Virus record (IMG/VR): IMGVR_UViG_3300036760_000306 | Coordinates: 1 to 64,000 of that record | Source of the DNA: a virus | Direction: 5' to 3' (one strand) | DNA length: 64,000 nucleotides | Shown here: positions 31,112 to 41,070 of the stretch, one piece after another | Position numbering within the stretch: position 1 is the stretch's first letter | How the letters are laid out: each line of letters starts with the position of its first letter | The notes under the pieces: generated by a model | The model's input: only the letters and a program-made list of their open reading frames with translations | Told to the model about the DNA's origin: nothing | The model's database searches: none | Translations under genes and position numbers: made by a program

Positions 31112-32391
31112 GCGACATCTACGTCAACGACGAACTGCATCCTGAAGACAACGCGATGCTTCAAGCATTGTACTCCCGCAGCCCGCAGTCAGTGATCAAG
31201 CACCTGGAGAAGGTGAAGCTTGCGGGCTCTGGCAACTTCATGGGCCAATACTATGTTGGGTACGGGCACCAATCGATCGGGGACTGCGGGACCACCACGC
31301 TCTACGTGGAGTACGTCTCGATGCTGGCCGCCAAAGCGATCCAGGATTCCCCGCTCTACAATGGGCAGGAAGCCTCTACCCGCTACCTCGACATGTCCAA
31401 GCAGCCGGTCTTGAACCCTCTTGGGACACTTGAGGGTATGGCGATTCAAGACGCTTGGATGGAGTTCTACGTGTCAGCGATGGAGCCGACCATCCAGCAC
31501 CTGCACGCGACCTACCCGCTCAAGGAAGGGGAAGACGCCAAGCAATACGAGAAGGCCATCAAGGCTCGGGCGTTCGATGTGTTGCGGAGCTTCTTGCCCG
31601 CCGGGTGTACCACGCTTGTGTCTTGGCACACGACGCTTCGGCATGCCGCCGACCACCTGAGCAACCTCAGGCACTACCCGTTGGCTGAGGTCAGGGGTCT
31701 GGCGGACTCCATGCTGACGAGCCTCCAAGAGCGGTACCCGCACAGCTTCGGGCAAAAGCGCTACGAGGACACTGAGCAGTACCTGGCTGCCGCTGGGGAA
31801 CAGCACCTCTACAACCCCTTTACCCACACAGAAGCGGTGCATTGTAAGTCTAGCATTAAGCATGAGGCTTTGCAGATCCCGGTGATTACGGGGAGGCCGC
31901 CTAAGACGCGGTTGCCCCACTACCTTGATGATCTGGGGCAGATCAGGTATAAATTCCTGCTTGACTTCGGCAGTTTCCGCGACCTTCAACGACACCGCAA
32001 CGGTGTCTGTCGGATGCCTCTACTTTCCACGAAGTGGCGCTTCAACGAATGGTACTTGGAGCAACTGCCCCTGAGTCTTCGGGACCAAGCTGTGATCCTG
32101 ATCGGGCGTCAGACACTAGCGATTGATCGTCTTGACGCCCCTCCAGAAGAAAAGCAGCATTATGTTGCGATGGGCTTTAACGTCCCGTGTAAGGTGACCC
32201 GAGGGTTGCCGGGGACACTCTACCTGATCGAGCTTCGCACAGGCAAAATGATACATCCCACGATGCGTCATGTGGCTCAAGAAATGGCTCAAACGCTTCA
32301 AAACCTGTACCCCACGTTGCCGATCTACGCGGACATGAGTCCGGATGATTGGGACATTCGGCGTGGTGCTCAAGACATTGTGGCCAAGTAG
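31108..32391 (+). CDS. thyX: Flavin-dependent thymidylate synthase, tandem-domain type
   Basis: GYGHQSIGD, QEASTRYLD, ARAFDVLRSFLP, FRDLQRHR; ATGA overlap. Confidence 0.88.
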   Translation: MSDIYVNDELHPEDNAMLQALYSRSPQSVIKHLEKVKLAGSGNFMGQYYVGYGHQSIGDCGTTTLYVEYVSMLAAKAIQDSPLYNGQEASTRYLDMSKQPVLNPLGTLEGMAIQDAWMEFYVSAMEPTIQHLHATYPLKEGEDAKQYEKAIKARAFDVLRSFLPAGCTTLVSWHTTLRHAADHLSNLRHYPLAEVRGLADSMLTSLQERYPHSFGQKRYEDTEQYLAAAGEQHLYNPFTHTEAVHCKSSIKHEALQIPVITGRPPKTRLPHYLDDLGQIRYKFLLDFGSFRDLQRHRNGVCRMPLLSTKWRFNEWYLEQLPLSLRDQAVILIGRQTLAIDRLDAPPEEKQHYVAMGFNVPCKVTRGLPGTLYLIELRTGKMIHPTMRHVAQEMAQTLQNLYPTLPIYADMSPDDWDIRRGAQDIVAK

Positions 32392-32427
32392 GCACTTATT
32401 CTTCGATACATCAAGCAAGGATGAACT

Positions 32428-33228
32428 GTGGATAGTAAAGTGATTGCACCGCTTTCAGACGAGCGTCGTACGGAACTCTTGGCCCGACTCTTGATCGAGC
32501 CATCGGACACCAAGCTAGCGCTGGAATTCGGGATCTCACGCAAAACGCTCTGGCGCATGCGCCAGGCACAGAAGAATCCTGCATCGCCTGTACCCACGGC
32601 TGTGATGACGCCGCCTGCCCCAGGGGCAGCGGTGAAGTTACCGCCTGTGGTGATCCCGCCCATCAAGGTGCCCAAGGTAGCGGTCCCGAAGGTCCCGAAG
32701 TCGCCCGTTACACCTAAGACACCGACACCTGAAGCTGTGGTGACGTCTGAAATCGTGACCCCAGAAGTGGTTCCGGAAGTTGTAAAAGCGGTTCCGACCC
32801 TTGTCCCGCCTTTCCCCGAGGATCCGCGTCCCAAGGTAGACGTAGAGCCTGTGTACCTAAACACGTTCTTCGCCATCCAGCTTCTTCGTGGTGAGTCCCA
32901 CAAGCAGGTGGCGAATGTGGTCTTGACCGAAGCTGAAGCCAAGGGTGTTCTGTTCCGAAAGCTTCAAGTTTTGGACATTGTGTCAGTGGGCACTACGGCT
33001 TTCGTGAGATTCCGAGGGGATCTGCCCAATGCCTTCGCTGTGGTCAAGACACTACAAGATCGGGCGATTATCGTGATTAACGCCGATGGTACTTACACGG
33101 TGACGTTCCCGAACGGTAAAAGCGGCAAGTTCCCCGGGTCGGCCATGTGCAGCTCGCCCAAGGTTGGTTTTGGTCACACGTACGCGGGGACAAGAATCAA
33201 GAGATGGAAGCAGCAGTTCGCGGCCTGA
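32428..33228 (+). CDS. HTH protein with Pro-rich linker
   Basis: TKLALEFGISRKTLWRMR helix-turn-helix. Confidence 0.65.
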   Translation: MDSKVIAPLSDERRTELLARLLIEPSDTKLALEFGISRKTLWRMRQAQKNPASPVPTAVMTPPAPGAAVKLPPVVIPPIKVPKVAVPKVPKSPVTPKTPTPEAVVTSEIVTPEVVPEVVKAVPTLVPPFPEDPRPKVDVEPVYLNTFFAIQLLRGESHKQVANVVLTEAEAKGVLFRKLQVLDIVSVGTTAFVRFRGDLPNAFAVVKTLQDRAIIVINADGTYTVTFPNGKSGKFPGSAMCSSPKVGFGHTYAGTRIKRWKQQFAA

Positions 33229-33255
33229 CTTTCCTCCTATGGATCTGCACTGTAG

Positions 33256-33633
33256 ATGGGCAGCGCTAGCAAGCCGTTTGGTGTGGTTTACCTGATCACG
33301 AATACTGTGAACGGGAAGGTCTACGTTGGGCAGACGACTGTTGGCGTCTCTAAGCGCTGGAAGGGGCACAAAGACGAGGCCCGTAAAGGTAGCGAATGCC
33401 GAGATGGGTATAGGCGGGGTGCCCCTGGAAACTCGACAGCGGTAGACGAAGGCATCTTACGAGTTGCTCTTCAAGGGTTGACTTCAATACAGTACGACGC
33501 ACAACGCCGCTCCAAGGTATTGGACGCTCGGTTCGTCTCTTCCAATGCTTTTCCAAGAGTGTATGGAAAGACATTTATGGAAGTGCGGGATGGGGTCAGA
33601 GACCCCCGGCAAACCAAACGGAGAGCAGCATGA
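33256..33633 (+). pseudogene. Truncated/scrambled GIY-YIG endonuclease remnant
   Basis: GVVYLITNTVNGKVYVGQT...RWKGH N-terminus only, then similarity is lost. Confidence 0.7.
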
Positions 33634-34391
33634 AAGTGGCCGCCATTCAATTTTGCCCAACCTTCAAGGATGTCCCGAGCAATCTTCGACGTTTGGCTGC
33701 TTTAACTATGAAGGCGGCACAGGCTGGTGCGAAGCTTTGCGTGTTGCCAGAGCTTTGTACTACAGGGTATTCCATGATGGGTAAGGCTGAGGCGGAGCCT
33801 TTGGCAGAGGTTATTGGCGACTTCAAACCAGGGGGTAGCGGCACTTCTAGTATGGATGTGTTCCACGCTATAGCTAAAAAGTATAGCACTCATATTGTCT
33901 GGGGCCTGGTCGAAAAGAGTTGCGGATCTGGTAAGCTTCACAATTCTCAAGTTTTGATGTGTCCAGACGGTTCTTTTGAGACTACGGCCAAAGTAAATTT
34001 TTTTGGGAATGACTTCTTGTGGGCTACAGAAGGAAGGGCTAATCCTCCGATTCGTAAGATTGCAGTTGACGGGAAAGATTACAAAGTTGGACTTTTAATT
34101 TGCCGAGATGTGCGGGACAAAAAAGACGACAATTGGAAATCCTTCTACGAAAAGGGCGACGCCGATGTGGTCGCTCTCTCTTGTGCTTGGGGTAAGAGTT
34201 CTTTTCCTGCGACGGCGTGGATGGACTTTGCGGAAGAAAACAGCACTACGTTGATAGTGAGTAACCGCTATGGTGTAGAGGAGAATAACGACTTTGGTGC
34301 TGGCGGTATCGGTATCATCTCACCCGATGGTACCGTGCAATGTGAGGGCCTTGTGTGGGGTCAGGATTGCATCGTCTACGGGGAAGTCTAA
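33630..34391 (+). CDS. Carbon-nitrogen hydrolase (nitrilase superfamily)
   Basis: MKVAAIQ, VLPEL (Glu), AKVN (Lys), LICRD (Cys) catalytic triad. Confidence 0.9.
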   Translation: MKVAAIQFCPTFKDVPSNLRRLAALTMKAAQAGAKLCVLPELCTTGYSMMGKAEAEPLAEVIGDFKPGGSGTSSMDVFHAIAKKYSTHIVWGLVEKSCGSGKLHNSQVLMCPDGSFETTAKVNFFGNDFLWATEGRANPPIRKIAVDGKDYKVGLLICRDVRDKKDDNWKSFYEKGDADVVALSCAWGKSSFPATAWMDFAEENSTTLIVSNRYGVEENNDFGAGGIGIISPDGTVQCEGLVWGQDCIVYGEV

Positions 34392-34393
34392 AG

Positions 34394-34903
34394 ATGACGA
34401 CTCTGGCTCAACGTGTTGTTGATCGTTACTTGACGGCTAACGCCCCAGGAGAATACTACCCTAAGTATTGGATTGAGGATTTCGTGCATGAGAAGACTGT
34501 GCGTCGATTGACGTTACCCAACACAAATTGGGGCATCGCAATTGCACATAGCGAACGTTTGCAGGTTATCTGGGCGGACATCGTAGTTCGTTTCAAGCTC
34601 AAACAGAAGTTGACTCGGGAGCACCCGGACAACAAAGAAGATTGGAACGCCGCTGAGGGTGCCCTAGAGGCGTTCTTCAAAAGCGACACTGAAACTGCGG
34701 GTGTCATCTGCCAGGAGCTGTTCGACAAGGAACTACCCTATGCTCTTGGTGAGCGCATTGGCGCAATTATTCGTAGGGGACTCACGCGCAAAGAAGTCTC
34801 TACTCTAGCGAGCCTTCTCAGTGGATCTCGTACAAAGGATATCCTAGAGGGTATGGCTAAGTTATTACTAGGGGCTGCGGTATCACACTTATTTGGGCGC
34901 TGA
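34394..34903 (+). CDS. Hypothetical protein with N-terminal tag motif
   Basis: Begins MTTLAQRVVDRYLTA. Confidence 0.65.
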   Translation: MTTLAQRVVDRYLTANAPGEYYPKYWIEDFVHEKTVRRLTLPNTNWGIAIAHSERLQVIWADIVVRFKLKQKLTREHPDNKEDWNAAEGALEAFFKSDTETAGVICQELFDKELPYALGERIGAIIRRGLTRKEVSTLASLLSGSRTKDILEGMAKLLLGAAVSHLFGR

Positions 34904-34925
34904 CGTATGCCCCTAGGCGGCAACC

Positions 34926-35168
34926 ATGGCTGAAATCAAAAAAGTTTGGGTTGTCACGGATCCGACACCCGATTCGGGAATCGTGGACATCTTGTTTGAG
35001 GCAACCCCCAGGAAACTCGCCGATTACATCCGAGGTTCTCGGACTACGGACTGGGAGAGTGAGAGCACCAAGCTGTACGACGACAAGGCGTCTGCCACCG
35101 CAGACGCCAATAAGCGCCTAAAAGATCGGGATCAACGGCGAGAGGCCGCTCTCGCCTGGAAAGTTTGA
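34926..35168 (+). CDS. Small hypothetical protein
   Basis: 80-aa ORF with ATG start. Confidence 0.6.
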   Translation: MAEIKKVWVVTDPTPDSGIVDILFEATPRKLADYIRGSRTTDWESESTKLYDDKASATADANKRLKDRDQRREAALAWKV

Positions 35169-35175
35169 CGCTGCC

Positions 35176-35182
35176 GGTGTAG
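35176..35182 (+). promoter_or_regulatory. GGTGTAG element
   Basis: TAG at 35180, ATG at 35195 (15 nt); no SD. Confidence 0.55.
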
Positions 35183-35194
35183 TGTACCCGGGCT

Positions 35195-37516
35195 ATGCCG
35201 AGAGAGCCCCAAATACCCCGTTGCAACTTCTGTGGTCGCCCTCGCAATGAGGTCAAGCACCTCATTGGAGCGCCGGACGGGGCGAACATTTGTAACGGCT
35301 GTATCACCGTTACCTCAGCAACTATCGCTGATGTCGAGCGCAAGGCCCCAGGGCCAGGGACCAAGGTCTCGGGACCGCTCAAGAAGCCCAGAGAAATCAC
35401 AGCATTCGTGGATGAGCATGTAATTGGCCAGGATGCGGCCAAGCGGGAAATTGCCATCGCGGTCTACGAGCACTACCGCCGTCGGGAAGTGGATAAGAGC
35501 AAGAACGGCGTGATCATGCTCGACGGGGAAGCGGTCGAGATCGAGAAGTCCAACATTCTGTTGCTTGGCCCGAGTGGGTGTCACAGGAAGGGCCAACTGA
35601 TCCTCATGTGGGACGGCACCCTACAAAAGGTGGAAAAAATCCGCAAAGGCGATCGTCTTATGGGGCCTGATAGCACCCCCAGGTTGGTCCAAGAGTTACA
35701 CAGCGGTGTTCAGAGTATGTTCCAAGTTACCCCTGTAAAAGGGGAGCCGTGGGTTGTCAATCAGGGGCACATTCTAACTTTGATCCGAACAAGTCGCAAG
35801 AGTCACGGCCAGTATCGGAAAGTCGCTGAGTTGGTGGACGTTTCGGTAGAAGACTGGTTGAGCTGGTCTAAAACGCAGAAGGCAGCCCACAAGTTGCTTC
35901 GAGTGGGTGTCACGTTTAGGGCCAACACCCAAGCACTGCCCTTAGAGCCCTACTTCTTGGGGGTGCTCCTTGGGGACGGTGCTATCACTAGCACTCCTAG
36001 AGTCACAACTGTAGACCCGGAGATTCTGGCTGAGTTGTTCCGTCAAGCAGAGCGGTACGGGTTGAAGGTAGTTCTGTGCAAGCAGAAAGCGAAGTGCCCT
36101 TCGTACAATATCTGTGGGACAAAGGGCGGTAAGCCCAAAGAAAACCCGATCACGGGTAAGCTACGGTCTTTGGGTTTGGCGGGGAAGTCCTGCGGGTTCA
36201 AATTCATACCTCAAATTTACCGGACTGCCTCTGAGGATGATCGCTTACAGCTCCTAGCTGGCCTCCTAGACACTGACGGTCATTTAGGCTGCAATGGCTT
36301 CGACTTCATCAGTAAAGCTAGGCTTCTTGCAGAAGGGGTGGCTTTCATCGCCAGAAGTTTAGGTTTAGCTGCCTATCTAAGGCTCTCTAAAAAGAGGTCA
36401 CAGCGAGGTACAGAAGGCACTTACTACCGTGTCTCTATCTCGGGGGACACTGATCGCATACCCACCCGTATCCCCCGTAAAGTAGCAACCCGTCGTAAGC
36501 AGACTAAGAGCGTGCTTCACACAGGCTTCACTGTAGCCGCTTTACCGCCTGAAAAATTCTACGGTTTTAGCGTTAACCGGGATCACCGTTACCTGCTTGG
36601 GGACTTTACCGTCACCCATAATTCAGGCAAGACGCACATTGCCCGAACGATTGCCCGGTTGCTGGACGTGCCGTTCTACGTCGGGGACGCCACGAAGCTC
36701 ACGAGTGCGGGCTACGTCGGGGAGGACGTGGAGTCGCTGCTTCAGGGGCTCCTGGCGGACGCTCAGAACGATATTGAGAAGGCACAGTGGGGCATCATCT
36801 TCCTGGACGAGTTTGACAAGCTCGCCCGCAAGGCTGGGTACGGTGCGTCTGGGATGCGGGACGTGACGGGGGAAGGGGTCCAGCAGGCGTTGCTCAAGCT
36901 CATCGAGGGTGGGCAGGTCGCGGTCCCCCGGGGCATGGGCTCCAGGGCGGTGTCTGGGATGACGCCCTCTGACGTGGTGGACACCCGGAACATCCTGTTC
37001 ATCTGTGCTGGGTCTTTTGCGGGTATCGAGCCCGTGATCGAACGCAGGCTCAACAAGTCCACGGGCCTTGGGTTTGGCAAAGAGCACCGGAAGCAGCACG
37101 CCAAGTCCGATCTGTACCGTGAGGTCCGGGTCGAGGACATTGAGGAATTCGGTCTGATTCCGGAGATCGTGGGCCGTCTGCCTGTGATCACCAGTACCCT
37201 GGAGTTGACCGAGGATGAGCTGATCCGCATCCTGACCGAGCCCAAGAATGCGATTTGCAAGCAGTTCCGGGCCCTGTTCTCGTTGGATGGGATCGACCTC
37301 CAGTTCGACCCCGAGGCATTGCGGGCGGTGGCTCAGAAGGCTCGGAAGCGGTCCACGGGTGCCCGAGCGTTGCGGGCTATCCTCAAGGAAGTGCTCAAGC
37401 CCTACTCGTACGAGGCCCCCGACAACCTGGACATTGCGGTTATCCGCATTACCCAGGAAGCTGTCGAGACTCCCGGGAAGGCTCTTGTGATGCGAAAAGG
37501 GGTTGGGACGGCTTAG
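35195..37516 (+). CDS. clpX: ClpX AAA+ unfoldase containing an intein
   Basis: CNFCG..ICNGC zinc domain, VIGQ, KSNILLLGPSG|SGKT, AGYVGEDVE, FLDEFDK, RDVTGEGVQQALLK, LGF loop, TGARALR; about 425 aa after splicing. Confidence 0.95.
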   Translation: MPREPQIPRCNFCGRPRNEVKHLIGAPDGANICNGCITVTSATIADVERKAPGPGTKVSGPLKKPREITAFVDEHVIGQDAAKREIAIAVYEHYRRREVDKSKNGVIMLDGEAVEIEKSNILLLGPSGCHRKGQLILMWDGTLQKVEKIRKGDRLMGPDSTPRLVQELHSGVQSMFQVTPVKGEPWVVNQGHILTLIRTSRKSHGQYRKVAELVDVSVEDWLSWSKTQKAAHKLLRVGVTFRANTQALPLEPYFLGVLLGDGAITSTPRVTTVDPEILAELFRQAERYGLKVVLCKQKAKCPSYNICGTKGGKPKENPITGKLRSLGLAGKSCGFKFIPQIYRTASEDDRLQLLAGLLDTDGHLGCNGFDFISKARLLAEGVAFIARSLGLAAYLRLSKKRSQRGTEGTYYRVSISGDTDRIPTRIPRKVATRRKQTKSVLHTGFTVAALPPEKFYGFSVNRDHRYLLGDFTVTHNSGKTHIARTIARLLDVPFYVGDATKLTSAGYVGEDVESLLQGLLADAQNDIEKAQWGIIFLDEFDKLARKAGYGASGMRDVTGEGVQQALLKLIEGGQVAVPRGMGSRAVSGMTPSDVVDTRNILFICAGSFAGIEPVIERRLNKSTGLGFGKEHRKQHAKSDLYREVRVEDIEEFGLIPEIVGRLPVITSTLELTEDELIRILTEPKNAICKQFRALFSLDGIDLQFDPEALRAVAQKARKRSTGARALRAILKEVLKPYSYEAPDNLDIAVIRITQEAVETPGKALVMRKGVGTA
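35579..36622 (+). mobile_element. Intein with LAGLIDADG domain in the ClpX Walker A
   Basis: CHRKGQ...TVTHN|S; PYFLGVLLGDG and LLAGLLDTDG; 348 aa. Confidence 0.92.
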
Positions 37517-37540
37517 AGCTTTTGTGCTTTCTCGTAAGGC

Positions 37541-38227
37541 ATGGATGCTATTTCGTTGATTGCGTTGCGTATCGCCGCTCGGTTCCAGAAGATTGCGTAC
37601 CAAGAAGGCAAGTTCTTGGGGCGGGATTGCCGCCTGACTTGGAGCAGGCACGGTTGGACCCTCGAAGAGCTGCCGATCAAGGGCAAGAAGAAGCTCAAGG
37701 TAGCGTCGTTGCAGAACCCCGTTACCATGGGTTGGGCTAACTTCGATGCCTACATTGACGCGAACATTCTGCAAGATGCCAGACTGAGTGCTTCGGATTC
37801 GTACGATAGCATCAAGCAGAAGATGCTTGATGCCTACGAGTTGGCGGCAGAGGTGTCCATCAACAAGATGACTCCCGATCAGGCCAAGAAGACGCTTTGG
37901 CTTCGTGAACTTAAGTGGTACGAGGATGAGGTTCACTACCTCAAGATCACCCCCGAGAACACGGAACCGTTCGAGGCCGAAGGTAAAGATTACACGATCA
38001 AGGTCACGTGGACCAAGTTTTCGACCTACTCCCCGGACTCTGACTTCCAGCAATCGGATCCGCACTACACGCAGTACGCAGAGTCCTCGGCCCAAGGGGC
38101 ACGTAGGCTGTACCAGATCTTGAAGGCTGACCCGAATGCTCTCAAGAGCGTCCCTTGGAAGAACCTGGGCGACTGGCTCACCAAGAACAAGGTCTCGTAC
38201 AAGATTCATTTCTCACAGTGGGGCTGA
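37541..38227 (+). CDS. Hypothetical protein with N-terminal tag motif
   Basis: Begins MDAISLIALRIAARFQKIA. Confidence 0.7.
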   Translation: MDAISLIALRIAARFQKIAYQEGKFLGRDCRLTWSRHGWTLEELPIKGKKKLKVASLQNPVTMGWANFDAYIDANILQDARLSASDSYDSIKQKMLDAYELAAEVSINKMTPDQAKKTLWLRELKWYEDEVHYLKITPENTEPFEAEGKDYTIKVTWTKFSTYSPDSDFQQSDPHYTQYAESSAQGARRLYQILKADPNALKSVPWKNLGDWLTKNKVSYKIHFSQWG

Positions 38228-38279
38228 GGCCAAATGACGTACAAGATTCATTTCTCACAGTGGAGCTGAAACCAAATGA
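38196..38279 (+). repeat. 42-bp tandem duplication spanning a stop/RBS/start junction
   Basis: CGTACAAGATTCATTTCTCACAGTGG(G/A)GCTGA(GG/AA)CCAAATGA at 38196-38237 and 38238-38279. Confidence 0.9.
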
Positions 38280-38734
38280 CGAACCCAGTAAAAGCATTTC
38301 AAGCAGCATTATCGGCCCACCAAAAGAGGGCCAGTGGTGGTGCTCAAGACCTAGTTACCATTGTTGAAGACGAGTTTGCTAGGATCGCCAAGGTTAACGA
38401 TGCCTTGAAAGTCATCTGGGATCAACAGCTCCCGAACTTGGATGATGCGGTTCAACAGGGTACTGATGCTCTAGCTGACCATGAAGCCAAGTGGCTCATC
38501 TGGGGAGTGGACAAGGACGGCGAAGAGTTCGAGGCAACTATTGACCTATGGGTATCCGGGTCGGGTCGGGGCAAGCTGTATGGTGTTTACCGTCTGGATA
38601 CCCCCACGGTCATGCAAAGCCATATGGGCGAGAACCTGGTCGGTCCTGCTGAGCGGGACCCAAAGAAGCTCCTACCTGTTCTAAGCGGTCCCAGAGGTTA
38701 CGGCCTTACGCGCCTTTCATGGGACCGTCAGTGA
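38276..38734 (+). CDS. Hypothetical protein with MTNPxKAFQ leader, flanked by direct repeats
   Basis: N-terminus MTNPVKAFQAALSAHQKRAS, similar to the 12351 ORF. Confidence 0.65.
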   Translation: MTNPVKAFQAALSAHQKRASGGAQDLVTIVEDEFARIAKVNDALKVIWDQQLPNLDDAVQQGTDALADHEAKWLIWGVDKDGEEFEATIDLWVSGSGRGKLYGVYRLDTPTVMQSHMGENLVGPAERDPKKLLPVLSGPRGYGLTRLSWDRQ

Positions 38735-38749
38735 AATTAACGGCACCCA

Positions 38750-38773
38750 ACAGTGGGACTGAGGCCAAATGAC
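38750..38773 (+). repeat. 24-bp direct repeat of 38215-38238
   Basis: ACAGTGGGACTGAGGCCAAATGAC vs ACAGTGGGGCTGAGGCCAAATGAC, 1 mismatch. Confidence 0.9.
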
Positions 38774-40187
38774 AATCGAAACAACCGCCGAACTAGTCCT
38801 ATCCCGCTTTGAGGAAGGCAAACCAGCCGATCCAACGGAGAACATGAGTCCTGAGGACGCCAAGACGTGGCGTGAGCAGACGGATGAGCACAAGGACGAG
38901 TTCAAGGCTGCGGCCAAGAAGCCTTCGCGCCCTTCGGTTGAGGAAACGCCGGAGGAGAAGCGCTTCACCCGTGAGCGTGAGCAGGTAGAGGAAGCGCTCT
39001 CAGCTCTGCGTGAAGGGATTGCGGACCGCTTCCCTATTCCGGAAGATCGTAGGCACCCTCCAGAAGCGCGTGAGGTGCTCAACCATTACCTTCTTGCAGA
39101 CCGTCTGCAACACAAAGCCTTCATGCAGTCCGTGGGCGGCAATTCAGACGAGCCGTCGGTCCAACGGGAAATGTTTAGCCTCTTGGCTAAAGCGGAGGCG
39201 GAGATCAAAAAGGCTAAGCGCTTGCTGGCCGAGGTGCCGTCCGAGAAGAAGGCTGCTGCGTCTTCCGTGGTGACCCGTTTCCTGACGGCGGATCAGGACA
39301 AAGCGGCCCCTGAGCAGGTGGACAAGTATTTCGAGCAGGTCAAGAAGGACAACCCGTCTTACGATGACTCGCAGGCCTACGCGACAGCGTGGTCCATCTA
39401 CTGCAAGCACAAGAACCCGGGTTCAGATTCGTGTCACCAGGACGAGTACCTGACGGGCAAGACGGCAGGGGACCGCTATTTGGAGGCAGCCTGGAAGGCC
39501 CCCGCGATCAATCAAGCACTCGCCAAGCTGATTGCCAAGAAGGTGGATCGCCATTTCGTCTCGGACCTCTTGAACGAGAAGCTTTCAGGGCGTAGCTGGG
39601 AAACCAAGCTGAAAGAGGCTATTGGAAAGGCTGTGGCCCCCACGCAAATGCGTGATCAGGTTGAAGCCCAGCCTGCGATCAAGAAGTGGTTGGCGGATCT
39701 CTCGGACTCGGAGCTTTCAAAGATCCGGGACCTGGTTGAGGAGACGCTCAACCACGGTAAGGCTGAACAGTATAAGTCCAAACCGGAGGCTTGGAAAACG
39801 GCCGACGCCAAAACGGCAGGGTTCGGCTACGGTGTTGCCACGTTGACCGTGTTGTTCGTTGAGGGCCGTAAGCCCGTCCCGTTCAACATCGACACCATCC
39901 AAGACATCAACCACATCACGATCCCGATCATCGGGGACGATGGTGAGGAACACGACGTCCAACTCAAGGTCGTGAGGCACCAGTCGTCTGGGCCGCTGAC
40001 CCAACCGCAAGAGAAGTTGGGCTGGAAGCGTGAAGTCCTGGTGGAGATACAACACCCGGTGGATGAGGGTGGCTCGCCTCAGACCTCAGCCCGTGCGGCA
40101 CTCACGGCCTTGGCTCAGGTGGGCAAGCAGCACGGCTTCAGGGTTGAGCCGGTGCAGCGTGGCTACAAGCCCGAGACTCGCAAATAG
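38769..40187 (+). CDS. Modular hypothetical protein with several tag motifs and a ChaB-like segment
   Basis: ELVLSRFEE, SSVVTRFLTA, KTAGDRYLEA and KTADAKTA at apparent module borders; SQAYATAWSIY resembles the ChaB AxxxAW pattern. Confidence 0.65.
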   Translation: MTIETTAELVLSRFEEGKPADPTENMSPEDAKTWREQTDEHKDEFKAAAKKPSRPSVEETPEEKRFTREREQVEEALSALREGIADRFPIPEDRRHPPEAREVLNHYLLADRLQHKAFMQSVGGNSDEPSVQREMFSLLAKAEAEIKKAKRLLAEVPSEKKAAASSVVTRFLTADQDKAAPEQVDKYFEQVKKDNPSYDDSQAYATAWSIYCKHKNPGSDSCHQDEYLTGKTAGDRYLEAAWKAPAINQALAKLIAKKVDRHFVSDLLNEKLSGRSWETKLKEAIGKAVAPTQMRDQVEAQPAIKKWLADLSDSELSKIRDLVEETLNHGKAEQYKSKPEAWKTADAKTAGFGYGVATLTVLFVEGRKPVPFNIDTIQDINHITIPIIGDDGEEHDVQLKVVRHQSSGPLTQPQEKLGWKREVLVEIQHPVDEGGSPQTSARAALTALAQVGKQHGFRVEPVQRGYKPETRK

Positions 40188-40232
40188 GCGACCGAAGGTT
40201 ACGAGTTCTAGGTAGCGTCCTAGGGATCTCTT

Positions 40233-40239
40233 GGTGTAG
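40233..40239 (+). promoter_or_regulatory. GGTGTAG(TCT) element, leaderless spacing
   Basis: TAGTCT at 40237, ATG at 40249 (12 nt). Confidence 0.7.
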
Positions 40240-40248
40240 TCTGCGCTC

Positions 40249-41070
40249 ATGCCTTTCAGTGGTATCGCAGAACGTATTCCCTACAGTCTGTCCCGTTGGA
40301 CGGATGTCCCCAGCTCAAAGTGGCGTTGGTTCGAGGCTTGCCTTGATTCCAAGAAGATGGTGGCGTTTGACCCCAGGACCAGTGCCCCTGGGGTTTGGTC
40401 GCTATCTCCTGAAGACACGTTGGGCCTGGTGTTCTGGACCAAGAACCCCGCCACCTTGATCCAGAATCGGGCTCGCTTGGCTCCGTACGATGTCACGGTC
40501 CATATGACGGCCACTGGTTGGTCCGAAGTGGAGAAGGGTGCCCCGTCCTTAGAGGAAGCAGGCGAGTTGCTCGTACAGACCGCCAAGATCTTCCCCAAGA
40601 CGTACTGGCGGTTCAGCCCCATCCCGATTCTACCGGATGCCGAGCTGTTCAGCCGGTTCCATAGGCTTCTCGGGTTTGCAGCCCTTGCGGGCCTCAAGCA
40701 GGTCTTTGTGTCGTTCCTCCAAGAGAATGACAAACTCCCAGAATCCCGAACCCCAGAATCCCGGTTCGACATCTTGAACGTGTTGGCGGACGAGGCCTAT
40801 GGTTTTGGGGTGCAGGTGGTGCTGTGTAAGGACGACCGCACTTTCGAGGACTGGGGTGGCGCACGGTTCACCACCGAGGCATGTGTGCAGCCTGGGGACT
40901 TCGGCGGCCAAGATTGCGTACACCTGGAAGATTGTGGTTGCGTTTTGATGGTGGATCCTTTCACCGTCAATGAATCGTGTTCTTTTGCCTGCCACTACTG
41001 CTACGCCTCGGACAAAAGCCTATCTGCTAAAAAGCGGAACACGACCCGCAGCTTGCACGTGGTGCGATGA
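40249..41070 (+). CDS. DUF1848-family protein (radical-SAM-like)
   Basis: SLSRWTDVP, VFWTKNP, WRFSPI, CGC and C-terminal CSFACHYCYA. Confidence 0.8.
   Translation: MPFSGIAERIPYSLSRWTDVPSSKWRWFEACLDSKKMVAFDPRTSAPGVWSLSPEDTLGLVFWTKNPATLIQNRARLAPYDVTVHMTATGWSEVEKGAPSLEEAGELLVQTAKIFPKTYWRFSPIPILPDAELFSRFHRLLGFAALAGLKQVFVSFLQENDKLPESRTPESRFDILNVLADEAYGFGVQVVLCKDDRTFEDWGGARFTTEACVQPGDFGGQDCVHLEDCGCVLMVDPFTVNESCSFACHYCYASDKSLSAKKRNTTRSLHVVR

Noticed and set aside
36623-38209. 528-aa - strand ORF
   Set aside because: Antisense shadow of ClpX and the next gene; no motifs; expected from GC-biased codon usage
38196-38773. Possible CRISPR mini-array
   Set aside because: Two abutting copies and one distant partial copy, no unique spacers of uniform length, and no cas genes
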